Assembly (NCBI RefSeq): GCF_009914755.1
Contig: NC_060935.1
Direction: 5' to 3' (one strand)
From: the human T2T-CHM13v2.0 reference genome, Homo sapiens
Length of the DNA stretch: 64,000 nucleotides
In this document: piece by piece, positions 1 through 16,650 of the stretch
Position numbering within the stretch: position 1 is the stretch's first letter
Layout: every line of letters begins with the position of its first letter
The notes under the pieces: generated by a model
The model's database searches: none
Seen by the model: the letters and a program-made list of their open reading frames with translations, nothing else
Told to the model about the DNA's origin: nothing
Made by a program: the position numbers and the translations under genes

Positions 1-965
1 ACTCATATCTGATACCTATGGATGGATATATTATTTAATAAATAGTTAAAGAAATATAAACATCTATATGTTATTTAATAACTTGCTCAATTATAACTAC
101 TAACATCAGGAATTAGCCTAGGCTGATGTTCTCTAAGATTGAGAAGAGCAACTCAACCTGAATTTTAGCCCAAGACCAAACTATTCTTGAAAACAGTTCA
201 CATCTCAATCCTGCCCACTCCTATACTCAGCCCACAGTGAAAGAGCCATCATTTGAGATTCTGCCCCACTTTTCATCTAAATCACTATTTTGTTGGATCA
301 TTAGTATATTGCTTCTCGTTTTATTAGAAATCTCATCTTTGTGTCTTAACTCCCTGTCTAGAGTGTACACTTCTTGAGAAAGAAAAGATTATTTTGAAGG
401 CTTTTTATCATATTGCCCCAAAGCATGAGAACCCTCTCATAGCGAATATGTAATATGAGTATATGTGTATAAAATTCTTCTTTAAAAAAATTTAACATCA
501 CTTTTCTGCTCTAGACTCATTCTTCTTTGCAGGAGTTCTTCCTCCTGGGAGACACTGGGACTTAATGTCACGTAGAGGAGAAAATTGTGCTAGGTGCCAG
601 GAGACATGGATTTAAAAGTTAGATGTAGTACTTGGTCAATAAGCTTGAGAGTCTGCATAATATCCATGAACTTAATTTTCTGCTCATCTTTGAAGAAGAT
701 GACAATAATATAACATTAAGTATCTATTGCAAATAAGCATTCAATGAATGTTCAGTTCATTTCCACCTTTTTCTTTCCACGTAGCTCTCTGTATCCTCAA
801 GACAATGATAATAAAAATTAGAGAGAGGAGTCATTAGCATCCTTATTATGTGGAAAAGAAAACTGTAAGATGTGGTGATCAAGTTTTGAGTTCTAGATCT
901 TTTTGAAATTGACTCTGTTGGAAATGACTGTTCCATTTACTCACTGTGTGAGTCTGGGCAAGTGA

Positions 966-1292
<327 letters not shown>

Positions 1293-1672
1293 AACTTTCT
1301 CATCTTTAAAAGGGAAATAATAATAGTAACTTTCTCTGAATGATTTAATGAGAAATAAATATATATCCATCTTATAACAGCACTTTGCATATAAATAAGT
1401 GCTCTATAAAGGATAGCTTTATTTGTATTATTGTTTCAATTATTATTAATGAATGGCTCATCCGACATCATAATGGTTGTTCTGAGACCTAACCAGATTG
1501 TGTATCATACTCAAACTTTGTTTCTACCAGGAGGACTAGGAAAAAGAAAACAAGAATAAAACAAAAATATTTTAATCTAATATTTACAGTAACTAAATTC
1601 AATCAAATATAATTCTAACATGTCAAAATTAAATGTATTCTTTAAAGAATTGTAGAGATTTCTTTAAATCTA

Positions 1673-2182
1673 TTTTTTTAAATTATTTATTTATTTATTT
1701 TTTATTATCATACTTTAAGTTCTAGGGTACATGTGCACAACATGCAGGTTTGTTACATATATATACATGAGCCATGTTGGTGTGCTGCACCCATTAACTC
1801 GTCATTTACATTAGTTGTATCTCCTAATGCTATCCCTCCCCACTCCCCCCATCACACTACAGGCCTCGGTGTGTGATGTTCCCCTTCCTGTATACAAGCG
1901 TTCTCATCGTTCAATTCCCACCTATGAGTGAGAACATGCGATGTTTGGTTTTTTGTCCCTGCAATAGTTTGCTGAGAATGATGGTTTCCAGCTTCATCCA
2001 TGTCCCTACAAAGGACATGAACTCATCCTTTTTTATGGCTGCATAGTATTCCATGGTGTATATGTGCCACATTTTCTTAATCCAGTCTATCATTGATGGA
2101 CATTTGGGTTGGTTCCAAGTCTTTCCTATTGTGAATAGTGCCACAATGAACATACGTGTGCATGTGTCTTTATAGCAGCATG
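1673..2182 (-). mobile_element. 5'-truncated L1PA 3' end (ORF2 C-terminus plus 3'UTR)
   Basis: ORF 1911-2153 is the L1 ORF2 tail (WNQPKCPSMIDWIKKMW); T-rich tail on the left; TSD TAAATCTA at 1665-1672 and 2183-2190. Confidence 0.92.
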
Positions 2183-4237
2183 TAAATCTACTATTTAAAT
2201 CAACTATGCCACTGAAGACATATAAACTTGACTGCTGTTTTACAGATACACCAAGCTCATTTCCTTCTTCAGGCTTTTGTGCTTGTTATTCCTGTTTCCT
2301 GAAACTTCCTTTTCCTGTATCTACATGACTCATTCCCACCTTTCCTGCATTTCCCTGTTTATATGTCTCTTCCACAGGAATTTCTCTATGATTTTCTAAT
2401 AAGATATATACCTCCATTTCTTTCATGGGGAAAAAAAAAACCATCATAAGCAAAGAGACAAAAGTCAATGACAAACTGAAATCTTTTCAAGTTATATTGT
2501 AGATAAGACGCTTGCTTTTCCTAATACTTATAAGTTCCTCAAAATGTAGAGGAAAAAAATGATCAAAAGCCTGATAAACATAAAGAACAGATACATCATT
2601 AGAATATGCTTTGCATACTATTAATAAGAGAAAATACAATAAAAACTACACCAAGATACCATTTCTTACCTGTCAGATTAGTAAAAGTTGAAAGGATTAA
2701 CCTCGTGCTGGCCATAATGTTAGAAAACAGAGCCTCTCATACTTTGCTTATGGATATACCATACAATAGAATTTTTAAACACCAAACAAAATGTGTATGA
2801 ATTTATTATTTGATCCAGAAATCATGTTTATAGGAGTTACATTTCATATATGCCTCCTTATGTACAAAATGATGTGTACAAGGTTAAAGATTATGACAAA
2901 ATTTTTGTAACACATAAATATTTGAAACAACCTAAATACAGTCTGAATTCCTAGGTTTCAAAATCCACCCCCTCATGCTTACTAAAGTATAAAAACTTGT
3001 TAACATTTACCAAGTTACAAAAAGGCATTATAATCACACAGACGGGTTAGATTGCAGTCACCATATTCAGTACATACTACCTAACTGTTTGTCACCGGGC
3101 AATTTGGTAATTATCCTCTTTAAGCCTCAGTTACCTTCTCTGTAAAAAAAGAGTAATAATACCTGCTTCAGGGGTTGTTTTGCTTATTAATGAGATTAGC
3201 TAGATATAAGAAATAAATAACTGGCATATTAATAGATACTTTATTGCTATCAAAATTTTAACTAATATAAAATAGCTAGAATATGCTTTATTGCAGGTAT
3301 ATTTGTGTGCACCTCTGGTAGAACTGTATTTCCACTAGCTGAATGCCTAAAAGTGGAACATCTAGATCATAGATCATGCATATTTAAAATTTTGATAGAT
3401 GCTGCCAAATTGTCTGTAAATATTAGCTAGGTAAATTCATAGCAATTGAACAGTATCACTTGTGATATTATCACATTGTTCTTTTACTTGGAATTTAAAA
3501 AAAGACTATCTTTTAATAATTCGTATCTACATGTTATCTTCTTTCAATTATCTTTGTTCATTTTTCTCTAGTTTTCTTGATCTAACTGATTTTAATATTT
3601 GATATATAAATTATATTAATCCTTTACAAAATAAAAAATATAGCAGAATATATGCAAAATATAGAAGCATATACCAAAAATATATTTTCCAATTTGCTTT
3701 TCAATAGAAAAGTCAACAAGCAATTTCAAGAGAAATTTTTAATTTTTGTGTTTGCCAGTCTCCATACTTATAAAATTAGTTTCATTATGTTTCTCTTTAT
3801 TTCAAGATCAAGATTTTCTTCTATAGCTTCTTTTGTTATTATAGTTTGATTACAAAATTAACACATTCTGTTAGTATAAAATAAAAATTGAAAAATATAA
3901 TTTCCTGATGCTATCTCCACACAGGTAATGTGTACTTGTTTAGAATCAAAGGAAGAATCTGTCATTTTTTATGTAAGAAGCAGTTTCATGTAAGAGATAC
4001 CACAAAAGGGCCTCCTCTTATAGATTAAAGGCTGACACCCTGAGTGAGAGATTAAATAAGGGAGATTTATCTTAGAGGGTGTAACTAAATTTATAGGAAA
4101 AAATATCAAGGAATTTGAGACATTTCTTTTCACTGAGTTCCTAACACTCTCCCAAGTCTCCGTCTGAATCTTCCCCTAACATTACCTAGAGAGTTATTCT
4201 CAGTTATCCCTGAGAATGCTCAAATGAATGAAGGCAT

Positions 4238-5518
<1,281 letters not shown>

Positions 5519-5535
5519 AAAATAATTTTAATTGA

Positions 5536-5907
<372 letters not shown>

Positions 5908-6151
5908 ACTTGAAGTTTTTCAAAACTTATGGTCCTCAATCCCCTTATTATTTTAATCTTTAACCCCAAACAAGACCATATGAAGACCTTTTTGGTTTTT
6001 TTTTTTTTTTTTTTGAGTTTCAGGTGTCACAACCTAGATGGTGACCTTCTTTCTTTCTTTATACTAATTTTATTAATGAGAAGCTTTTTAAAAAGCACTT
6101 GTTTACATGTCTATGTTGACATCAATTGTGATTAGAATTAAACAATCCTAG

Positions 6152-6503
<352 letters not shown>

Positions 6504-7114
6504 ACACATTTTTATCATACCTATCTCAGACAATTGAAGTTTTTCTTTTCCTAAAAAATCCAAGCTGAGAGGTTATAATAAATACAGTGGAGCATATTTA
6601 TTTGTATTCTAAACTGGTCAAATAGTCACTGTAGATGGAATCTTAGAGGAAAAATTATGAAAGATTTTAAAATAAAAAAATGCTTACTCATCTAGTGTCC
6701 TCTTCTGAGTTTTCTTAGCTTTGTATCGTCTTTGAGGTTAATATAATTTATTATGGAAATTATATTGAGCTGAAAATCATGCAAGTGATTTTGCCCATAG
6801 AAATGCAAATTAATTGTCTCAAATAGACATGTATTTGATGATTCTGTTGTGGATGTTGACTTGTTTTCATCTCTTTGTAAATTCATTGCAAGTTTTTCTG
6901 ATCACTTGTATTTATGTGTGTTTTTAAATTCTCCTTTGGGTTGGTTACACCATCTTGCTGATTCTCTCCTTAATTAACTAAATAAATCTTCGGCATGTGT
7001 TCATTTTATATGTCCATAAACTCTCATTTTTTTTAAAAAAAGAAAACATCTTTTAACAGAAATCAGGCTAAAACAAAAAAGACAAATTAGTGGACTATAG
7101 GAATGGTCTACTTG

Positions 7115-8434
7115 TGAGAGGTGACAGCGTGCTGGCAGTCCTCACAGCCCTCCCTCGCTCTCGGTGCCTCCTCTGCCTAGGCTCCCACTTTGGCGGCACT
7201 TGAGGAGCCCTTCAGCCCACCGCTGCACTGTGGGAGCCCCTTTCTGGGCTGGCCAAGGCCAGAGCCGGCTCCCTCAGCTTGCAGGGAGGTGTGGAGGGAG
7301 AGGCGCGAGTGGGAACCGGGTCTGCGCGCGGCGCTTGCGGGCCAGCTGGAGTTCCGGGTGGGCGTGGGCTTGGCGGGCCCCGCACTGGGAGCAGGCGGCC
7401 TGCCCTGCCGGCCCGGGCAACGAGGGGCTTAGCACCCGGGCTAGCGGCTGCGGAGGGTGTACTGGGTCCCCCAGCAGTGCCAGCCCACCGGCACTGCGCT
7501 CGATTTCTTGCCGGGCCTTAGCTGCCTTCCTGCGGGGCAGGCCTCGGGACCTGCAGCCCGCCATGCGTGAGCCTTCCCCCGCCTCCATGGGCTCCTGTGC
7601 GGCTGGAGCCTCCCCAACGAGTGCCACCCCCTGCTACAGGGCGCCCAGTCCCATCGACCACCCAAGGGCTGAGGAGTGCGGGTGCATGGCGCAGGACTGG
7701 CAGGCAACTCCACCTGCAGCCCCTGTGTGGGATCCACTAGGTGAAGCCAGCTGGGCTCCTAAGTCTGGTGGGGACTTGGAGAACCTTTATGTCTAGCTCA
7801 GGGATTGTAAATACACCAATCGGCACTCTGTATCTAGCTCAAGGTAAACACACCAATCAGCACCCTGTGTCTAGCTCAGGGTTTGTGAGTGCACCAATAG
7901 ATATTCTGTATCTAGCTGCTCTGGTGGGGCCTTGGAGAACCTTTGTATGGACACAGTGTATCTAACTAATCTGATGGGGACGTGGAGAAGCTTTGTATCT
8001 AGCTCAGGGATTGTAAATGCACCAATCAGCGCCCTGTCAAAACAGACCACTGGGCTCTACCAATCAGCAGGATGTGGGTGGGGCCAGATAAGAGAATAAA
8101 AGCAGGCTGCCTGAGCCAGCAGTGGCAACCCACTGGGGTCACCTTCCACACTGTGGAAGCTTTGTTCTTTTGCTCTTTGCAATAAATTTTGTTACTGCTC
8201 ACTCTTTGGGTCCACACTGCTTTTATGAGCTGTAACACTCACCGCGAAGGTATGCAGCTTCACTCCTGAGCTAGCGAGACCACGAACCCACCAGAAGGAA
8301 AAAACTCCAAACACATCTGAACATCAGAAGGAACAAACTCCGGACACGCAGTCTTCAAGAACTGTAATACTCACCGCGAGGGTCCGCGGCTTCATTCTTG
8401 AAGTCAGACCAAGAACCCACCAATTCCGGACACA
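7115..8434 (+). mobile_element. Solo ERV9 LTR (LTR12C-like)
   Basis: Starts TGAGAGGTGACAGCGTGCTGGCAGTCC, ends AATTCCGGACACA; 4-bp TSD CTTG (7111-7114, 8435-8438); CpG-rich U3, repeated CACCAATC units, AATAAAA TATA-like at 8095-8101. Confidence 0.93.
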
Positions 8435-8668
8435 CTTGCATCTAAGATAGTAACAGTAAAGATGGAGAGAAATAAATCAAATGGATAAAACTTCTTCAAA
8501 AGGAGAAATTAAAAGGACAAAAATTGAATGTTGGGATGAGGAAGAGGAAAGAATTTAGGAGTTCATTGTTTCTGAGGAAACTAAAAAGGCTAGTTGTACC
8601 ATTCATCAAGATAAGTAATAAAGGAGAATAAACAAGTTGGTGGGCAAATAAACACTAATATTATATAC

Positions 8669-9393
<725 letters not shown>

Positions 9394-9719
9394 TCTTGTT
9401 TTTGTTCTACCTGTGAGTTAGTTACTCACATGGACTCTGGAGCCCAAAAGAGGTCTGATCTATAGTTAATGTTAGGACTTTGTCAGCTAGGAAACTGGAT
9501 GGGATTATCTAGGAAGGGGATTTAGAGAAAATGAGATAATAGGAAAGAAACAAACAAAAAGCTATATTTAAGTGACTAGCTTGATTTTCTTCAAATCGAC
9601 TAGAATGTGAATATATGCACAGCAAAATTCATGTTTTATTCATCGGTATTACTCCAGAGCCCTGCCAAATGCTTGGTACTTCATTATAGTTAATAATGCT
9701 ACCTATCACTCACTGACGA

Positions 9720-10365
<646 letters not shown>

Positions 10366-11334
10366 TGAGAGGAAAGTAGGGACAACAAGAAGGATGGAAA
10401 AAAGAGAGGGAGGAAAGGACCAAAAAAATGCATTAATTAGGTCCATGTTCGATGATCAGAAGCATCTGAAAACAAAATTGGTGGCTTGTTTCTACTATAT
10501 CCCTAAGCCTCTGGAACAAGAAGTGTTTCTCCCTGAAATTTGTTTTCATTTGGTTTTACTGAAGTTCTTCCTGTAATCAGATGTTAACAATTATCTTTCA
10601 GAAAATCCAGTTAGGCCTATCCTGAATTCTCAAGCATAAACTACCCTGATTCTTAATCTTAGCCTTGCAATATCTACTTTTTTCTTTTCTTTTGTTCCCA
10701 TCAGCTCCCAGCTGGTAGTAATGAGTTAAGAAGGGTTTTCCATGAGAGGGGCAGAAACATTTCTGACCACAGGAATCATCTAACACTGCTTTCAAACAAG
10801 TTGTACTGAAAAAATATACTAGAGATTTTTTTCACAGGAAGTCTCTCTCCTGTGAATATATTAGAGATTTCCTCAAAGAAAATATATTCGAGCATATTAG
10901 AGATTTGCTCACAGAAAATCTATCTCCTGAGTTTGTATTTTTTTTATCACTATTTGGCTATGAGAATATTCTGTGACCCTTGTCATGGTCCTGTTTGCTT
11001 TTCCTGAAACCTCTTTCCTATCAAATGTTAATATCCACTTATTGCTATTAAGAAATCTTGACACCTCAACCTGTGCACTAAACAATATTCCTGGTATATA
11101 CTGAGTATTTAATATTGAGTATTGTAATAATAACAGGCTGGCTCTGTTGATACCACCCTGAGTCTAGAACTGCAGCAGTGGGTCCTGAGTCTAGAACTGC
11201 AAGTACTCTGAGTATTCAGGAACTTGGGGCTGTCAGCAAATCTGTGCCCTCTTTACCTTCAAACCTGTCCTACTGGATGCATCATATTACCCCACCAAAC
11301 CTCTGGATCCCACATACTTGGTTCCCTTTTAACA

Positions 11335-11545
11335 CTAACAGTATTCCACTGTATTGGGTATACCACTTGTTTTTCAATACATTTAATACTTGATGAACAG
11401 TTGGGTTGATTCCATTTTTTAATATGAGTAAAACTGCTATGGACATTTGTGTACAAATCTTTGCACGGATATGTTTTCATTTCTTTTGAGTAGATTCCTA
11501 CGAGTGGATTTGATGGATTATATGGTAAATTTATATCTAACTTTT
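11335..11545 (-). mobile_element. Old L1 (L1M) 3' fragment
   Basis: Reverse ORF 11259-11579 resembles L1 ORF2 C-terminus (LPYNPSNPLVGIYSKEMKTY). Confidence 0.7.
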
Positions 11546-11704
11546 CGAGACCCCTTGAATTATTGCCAAGTACCTTCATTTCTTCTCAACCGTCAGAATG
11601 CCCAATCTCCCTGTTCAAGATGAGAAATTATAGAGAAAATAAAAACTGCCTTGGTTAGCAAACAAAAAGGAAAAATTCTGCACACTGAGAAACAGTCTTT
11701 CATT

Positions 11705-12010
11705 CTGTTTTTTGTTTTCTTTTTTGTTTTGAGACTGATTATCACTGTGTTGCCCAGGCTAGAGAGCAGTAGCAGGATCATGGCTCACTGCAGCCTCAAC
11801 CTTCCGGGCTCAAGTGATCCTCCCACCTCTCAGCCTCCCAAGTAATTGGGACTACAGGCACGTACCGCTATGCCTGGCAATTTATTTATTTTTTTTAGAC
11901 AGGGTCTTACTATGTTGCCCAGGTTGGCCTCAAAATCGTGGATTCAAGCTATCCTTCCACCTCGGCCTCCCAAAATGCTGGGATTACAAGCGAGCCAACA
12001 TGCCCAGCCA
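11705..12010 (-). mobile_element. Alu (J-like)
   Basis: Diverged reverse dimer. Confidence 0.85.
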
Positions 12011-13125
12011 ACATCCTTTTTTTTTAACTGAGCCTACTAGCCCCAGAAATGAAGCCCTATGCTGACAAGACTATGGAGCCTGTAAGTTACTTCCATTTAT
12101 ATCAGCTCTTAGAAAATGGCCTGAGAAGGGACTCTGGGTTGGGCTTCTCCATCCCTTTTCCAATATTTCTAACCCTCTGGGTGTCAATCATACCATTTTG
12201 TATTCCAAGGGACTTAAATGTTGGCTGGGCCAGTGGCAGGGTGGTGTCCATACTGGGCAGTTTGGGTGGGGTCAGGAGAATTTCAGAGCATAAGCAGGCT
12301 TTGACCTGAAGCGTCATCCAGGGGCAATATGGAGGCAGCCATACCTAAAACCGTTGTGAAGAAAGCTACACAAAGGGTGATCTGAAATAACCTTTGCGTG
12401 GCTTCTTAAGCCTGCAGACATGAGGTACTCACTGAAATAGTGACACATGTCTGCACTTACGAGATTCCAATGACCTTTCATTTGCCTGGGGACTGTCCAG
12501 AGAAATCTCCTGATACTTAACCCAGCTCTCTCCCTACTGCCCAATCCTCCGTCCAGACTTTTATATGGACACCCCAGTCCCTTCTTTCTCTATACCTCCC
12601 TCCCCAAGCCACCTTCTAAGGCAAGGTGATACTCACCTAATCAGTCTCCTTAGGGAGGAACTTTGACATTCTTTTTCTTCTCAGAGTTTCTGTGCTATTG
12701 AAACCCTGTAGTTAGAGTTCTGAGGCTCAATAAGCTTTACATGTATTCATCAGACCTAAATAAAAACAAAGATTGTCTTCTAGTTATATAGGTCAAAATT
12801 ACAGATACACACACACAGCTTTATACATACATACGTGTAATTTTAAACTGATGAATTTTAATGATCGTTTGGCAAAACATGCCATTATGCAAAGGGGCTT
12901 TTACTCGTATAACTTTATATGTTTATTTAGACATTTTAATTAATACGTCTATATGGAGTACAGGTGTATTATCAGTGTAATTAAACTCTGATATGATATT
13001 AGAAAGCTACAGTACACTGCAGACAATTTACAAGGGTCATCTCTGGCCTGGTGTTCTCAAAGGCCTCCGGATTTGCCGTTCATCAGGTAAGATGAACAGC
13101 TTTGCGTTGCTACCTTCAAAAATTC

Positions 13126-13387
13126 TTTTTTTTTTTTTTTTTGAGAGAGAGTCTCGCTCTGTCTCCAGGCTGGAGTGCAACCTCCACCTCCCGGGTTCAA
13201 GCGATTCTCCTGCCTCAGCCTCCCGAGTAGCTAGGACCACAGGCGCGCCCAGCTAATTTCTGTATTTTTAGTAGAGACAGGGTTTCATCATGTTGGCCGG
13301 GATGGTCTCAATCTCCTGACCTCGTTATCCGCCCGCCTCGGCCTCCCAAAGTGCTGGGATTACAGGGGTGAACCACCGCGCCTGGCC
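13126..13387 (-). mobile_element. Alu with internal deletion
   Basis: GGAGTGCAACCTCC lacks the usual GTGGCGCGATCTCGGCTCACTGCA segment. Confidence 0.88.
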
Positions 13388-13517
13388 TCAGAAACCATCT
13401 CCATCTCCCTTACCACCTGAGGGGTCACTGGTGACCACACCCATGGAATCGGCTGGATCTCCTGCGGGGCTGGACAATTTGACCCTCCTCCTCCCCAGGC
13501 CCCGCCCCTTCCCCCCT

Positions 13518-13588
13518 GAGTCTTTCGGCCTGGGTGGAGGACGCGGCTGCTTCAAGTCCTTGGCTCTGATCCAGGCCACAGATTCCAG
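13518..13588 (+). other. TRIM6: TRIM6 non-coding exon 1a (start approximate)
   Basis: Follows the GC box, ends CAG|GTTAGT, no ATG; would give the 488-aa isoform. Confidence 0.6.
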
Positions 13589-13877
13589 GTTAGTGAGCAA
13601 GTTTATTTTCTGGCCAGCTACCGCTGTCCCCACTTGTCTGGAGAGTTTGACCCGCTCTGCAGGTCGGGTTGGGGGTGGTTCACGGGTGAAAGAAGAATGA
13701 GGGAGACTTCTGCATTTTCAAGTGAACTCAAGTTTGGGAAGGGAGCACAGAAGAGGCACCTTTGCAGCTGGGAATAGGCCGTGTAAAGAGAGTTAAACCT
13801 CTATTCCAGCAGCTGTGGAAACTGCTTTAGGGAATCACTGCAAACCATTTTGTCAGGCGTGGATTCAGAGTCAGCAT

Positions 13878-13972
13878 CCCTTCCCCCCTTCCCCCGTTCT
13901 CCCCTTCCCCCCTTCCCCCTTCCCCCTTCCCCCTTCCCCCTTCCCCTCCCCCCTTCCCCCTTCCCCTCCCCC
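13878..13972. repeat. (CCCCTT)n pyrimidine tract
   Basis: Directly visible degenerate hexamer repeat. Confidence 0.95.
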
Positions 13973-14302
13973 ATCTCCAGCCTGGCCGCTCCAGGAAGTG
14001 AGCACCGTTTATCCCCCACCCCAGGCGGCCCGACTCCTCCCAGAAGGAGTTGGGAGATGAGCCTTCCGCAAACTCCTGACCTGTGGGTCCGTCCGTTCAA
14101 CGGCCAAAGGCTGGCGGAGGAGGGATCCCCTGCCTTTCTCGGAACGGAACGGAGCAGAGTCATGCGTGGTTGAGTTTAGATAAAAGCCGAGTGAGCGCGC
14201 TCTGTTCCTTAAGATTAGTTTAAGGTGCCTTGGATTGCTCTGAAGAGCTTTGACCACCTGATATTGCTTACATCTGGAACTTCTTGGCTTCTCATTCCCC
14301 AG

Positions 14303-14319
14303 ATGTGCGGGTCAGAGAG
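14303..14319 (+). CDS. TRIM6: TRIM6 long-isoform first coding segment (MCGSER)
   Basis: ATG TGC GGG TCA GAG AG|GTATGT; joins 20680 in frame ([10 protein letters not shown]...), adds 28 aa for 516 aa total. Confidence 0.85.
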
Positions 14320-14499
14320 GTATGTCTACCGTTCTGTTGACTGGCTCTTATTGTCACTTCTGGCAGAGGTGACAGGGCAGTGAAAGAGATAAGGTCCTTT
14401 CCCTTTCGGAACTCATTATATCTTTATTTCTTTTTCTTTCTCACTGCAAATGACCCCACTGAGGTTAGAGACATTTTATTTTTAATCAGTCAGTCAATA

Positions 14500-14740
14500 G
14501 AGACAGAAATGTGTGGTTAGGAGCATAGATGCCGCAGCCAGACTGCATGTGTTCAAATCCTGACTCTGACAGACACTGGCTGTGTGCCCGAAGACTGCTA
14601 ACTTAACTTCTTTGAGCTTTAGTTTCTTCCATCTATAAGATGGACGGAGTAATATGTATATCTTAGAGTTTTGGTGAGGATTAAGTGAGACAGATTTAAA
14701 CACGTAGGAGGCTGCCTGACACAAATTATGGTCATTATTA
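14500..14740 (+). mobile_element. MIR
   Basis: GTTCAAATCCTGACTCTG...AGTTTCTTCCATCTATAAGATGG. Confidence 0.65.
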
Positions 14741-15832
14741 CTGGCAAACTCCATGCCTAGCTTTAAAAAAATGCACAATCAAAACAATTTTTAAATTATA
14801 GGTTTCTGAAATGCAGGGGGTAGAAATTCTTTTGAAGTGGAAATTAAATTTTTTGTTTTGAAACTGATTATGTTCCAATTCAAATATTTATTGAGTCCTG
14901 TTAGATAATCAATTGCAGATAATAGGTTAAATATAACCCTACACAAAGATAAAAAAAAATGTTATTCCTAAAGTGCAAGAACTCATGCCCAACTCACTTA
15001 TAAATGCAACTGCCACCTATTTTATTCCACTTTCACTAGGGCTCCCAGCTGGTGGACGGGCCTGCTCTGTCATTGCTAACTCTGAATCCCCAGCCTACAC
15101 CAGCCCCAGTATCCCCTGCTGAGTCACTGATTTTTATTCTGAAAGCCATTTTGATATCGATGCAAGCTTCCATTCTAAAAGATGCTTCATATCTAAATAG
15201 CAGGCCATTCTCTGTCCCCCTCCCTCTTCTAGCTGTTTTGCACCCTAAATTGTATCCACCTGGGAAAGAAGGTCCTTTATCTAAGGCAGTGCTTCTGAAG
15301 CCTTAATGTGCGTAAGAATCACCTAGAGAACTTTAATATTAATTAAAGTGCAGATTCTGAATCATTCCAGGAAAGACTGAGATTCTGCATAAAGAACTCC
15401 AAGTGCTTGCAGTGTTGCTAGTTAGCAGACCTTTTTCAGGCGTCTGGTTCTGATTTAATTGGTCCCACCTGGTTGTGAATTTGGGCTCTTTCTTCTGCTA
15501 ATTTGATGCACTGGGCTCTGGGCCTGCAGGCTCTTCTCGTCTGCACTCCTCACAGTCAGAATGCCTTCTCTCAGCCCGTCCACACTGCTCTGGAGACTTG
15601 GCCTCAGTTGGAAACTGGCAGCCTCCCATATCTCCCTTGGGCTGCACTTAGCTGCAGTGGGCAGTCAGGGCTTGCTGGTGTGTGGGCAAGGGTCACCTAT
15701 GCTAACTGTATGCTCCCCTCCTTCACAATTTCTTTCCCAAGCCTCAGCTTTGACAAGAGACCTCAACTCTTACAAATCTTTTTTCTGCTCAAGAATTTTT
15801 CTCTGTCTAAAGAGAGTATTAGATGAATATCT

Positions 15833-16150
15833 ACAGCGCATATTAGATAGGAAAAAGACATATAATGAACTAGAAATAGAATGAAGCCACATATGTAATG
15901 TTACATACTCAAGTAGCCTCATTAAAAATAAGCGGGTGAAATTAATTTTAATACATTTCATTTAACCCAATACATGCAAAATACAATTAGGACATGTGAT
16001 CAACATAAAAAAATTAATAAGATCCTTTAACTTTTTTAAACTAAATCTTCAAAATCCAATGTGTATTTTGTACCTAAAGCAACCCATTTCTGAGTAGCCA
16101 CACTTCAAATGCTCAATAGCCATATCTGGCTACATGTTTGACAACACAGT
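15833..16150. mobile_element. hAT-Charlie DNA element (MER3/MER33-like)
   Basis: TTTAACCCAATA...TAGCCACACTTCAAATGCTCAATAGCCATAT. Confidence 0.6.
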
Positions 16151-16209
16151 TCCATTATGCTTAGAAGATCAGAAACCAAGCTTTTAATTTTTCTTGTATT
16201 TTTTTGTTT

Positions 16210-16650
16210 CTGTCAGTTTATTGAGTTCTATCTAGTAAGTTACAAATTGTAAGCATACAGTTCTGTGAATTTTCACAGTTGCAGTCAGCTGTGTAACCAC
16301 CACCATGATCATGATACATAAAGGGCATTTCCCTTTATGTATTCACCCTTCAAATTTCCTTATGCCCTTTGCAGTTCAAACTTTTCTCCCACTCCTGGGC
16401 CCTGGCTTCCACTGATGTACTTTCAAATACCATAGCTTTCTCTTTTCTAGGATTTCACATAAATAGCATCATACAATAACTTAAATTTGATGTTTGGGTT
16501 CTTTCACTTTGCATGCTTTTGAGATTTATCTTGTTGTATATATTAACAGTTTAATTGTTTGGTAATATGCCACTGTATGGATACACCACAGTTTGTTCAT
16601 TTACCAGTTAGTGATGTCATGGATTCTTTTCAGTTTGGGACTATTACTAC
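16210..16650 (-). mobile_element. Old L1M 3' end fragment
   Basis: TTTATTGAG...GTGTAACCACCACC...ATGGATACACCACAGTTTG. Confidence 0.65.

Larger units (their letters stand above)
13440..14330 (+). promoter_or_regulatory. TRIM6: TRIM6 CpG-rich TATA-less promoter with alternative first exons
   Basis: CpG-rich; GC box GGCCCCGCCCC at 13498-13508; donors at 13589 and 14320. Confidence 0.75.

Noticed and set aside
1-900. Olfactory receptor gene expected near this cluster
   Set aside because: No 7TM ORF or OR motif in the window
7164-7796. 210-aa and overlapping GC-rich ORFs
   Set aside because: Inside the CpG-rich LTR12 U3; stop-poor by composition, no domain
11158-11202. Short direct repeats (CTGAGTCTAGAACTGCA x2; others near 9917, 17320, 43817)
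   Set aside because: Ordinary slippage duplications with two copies only; not an array or CRISPR-like
14088-14153. Imperfect inverted repeat TCCGTCCGTTC / GAACGGAACGGA
   Set aside because: Stem too short to support a structure claim
13801-14173. Pro/Gly-rich ORFs on both strands
   Set aside because: Translation of the (CCCCTT)n repeat
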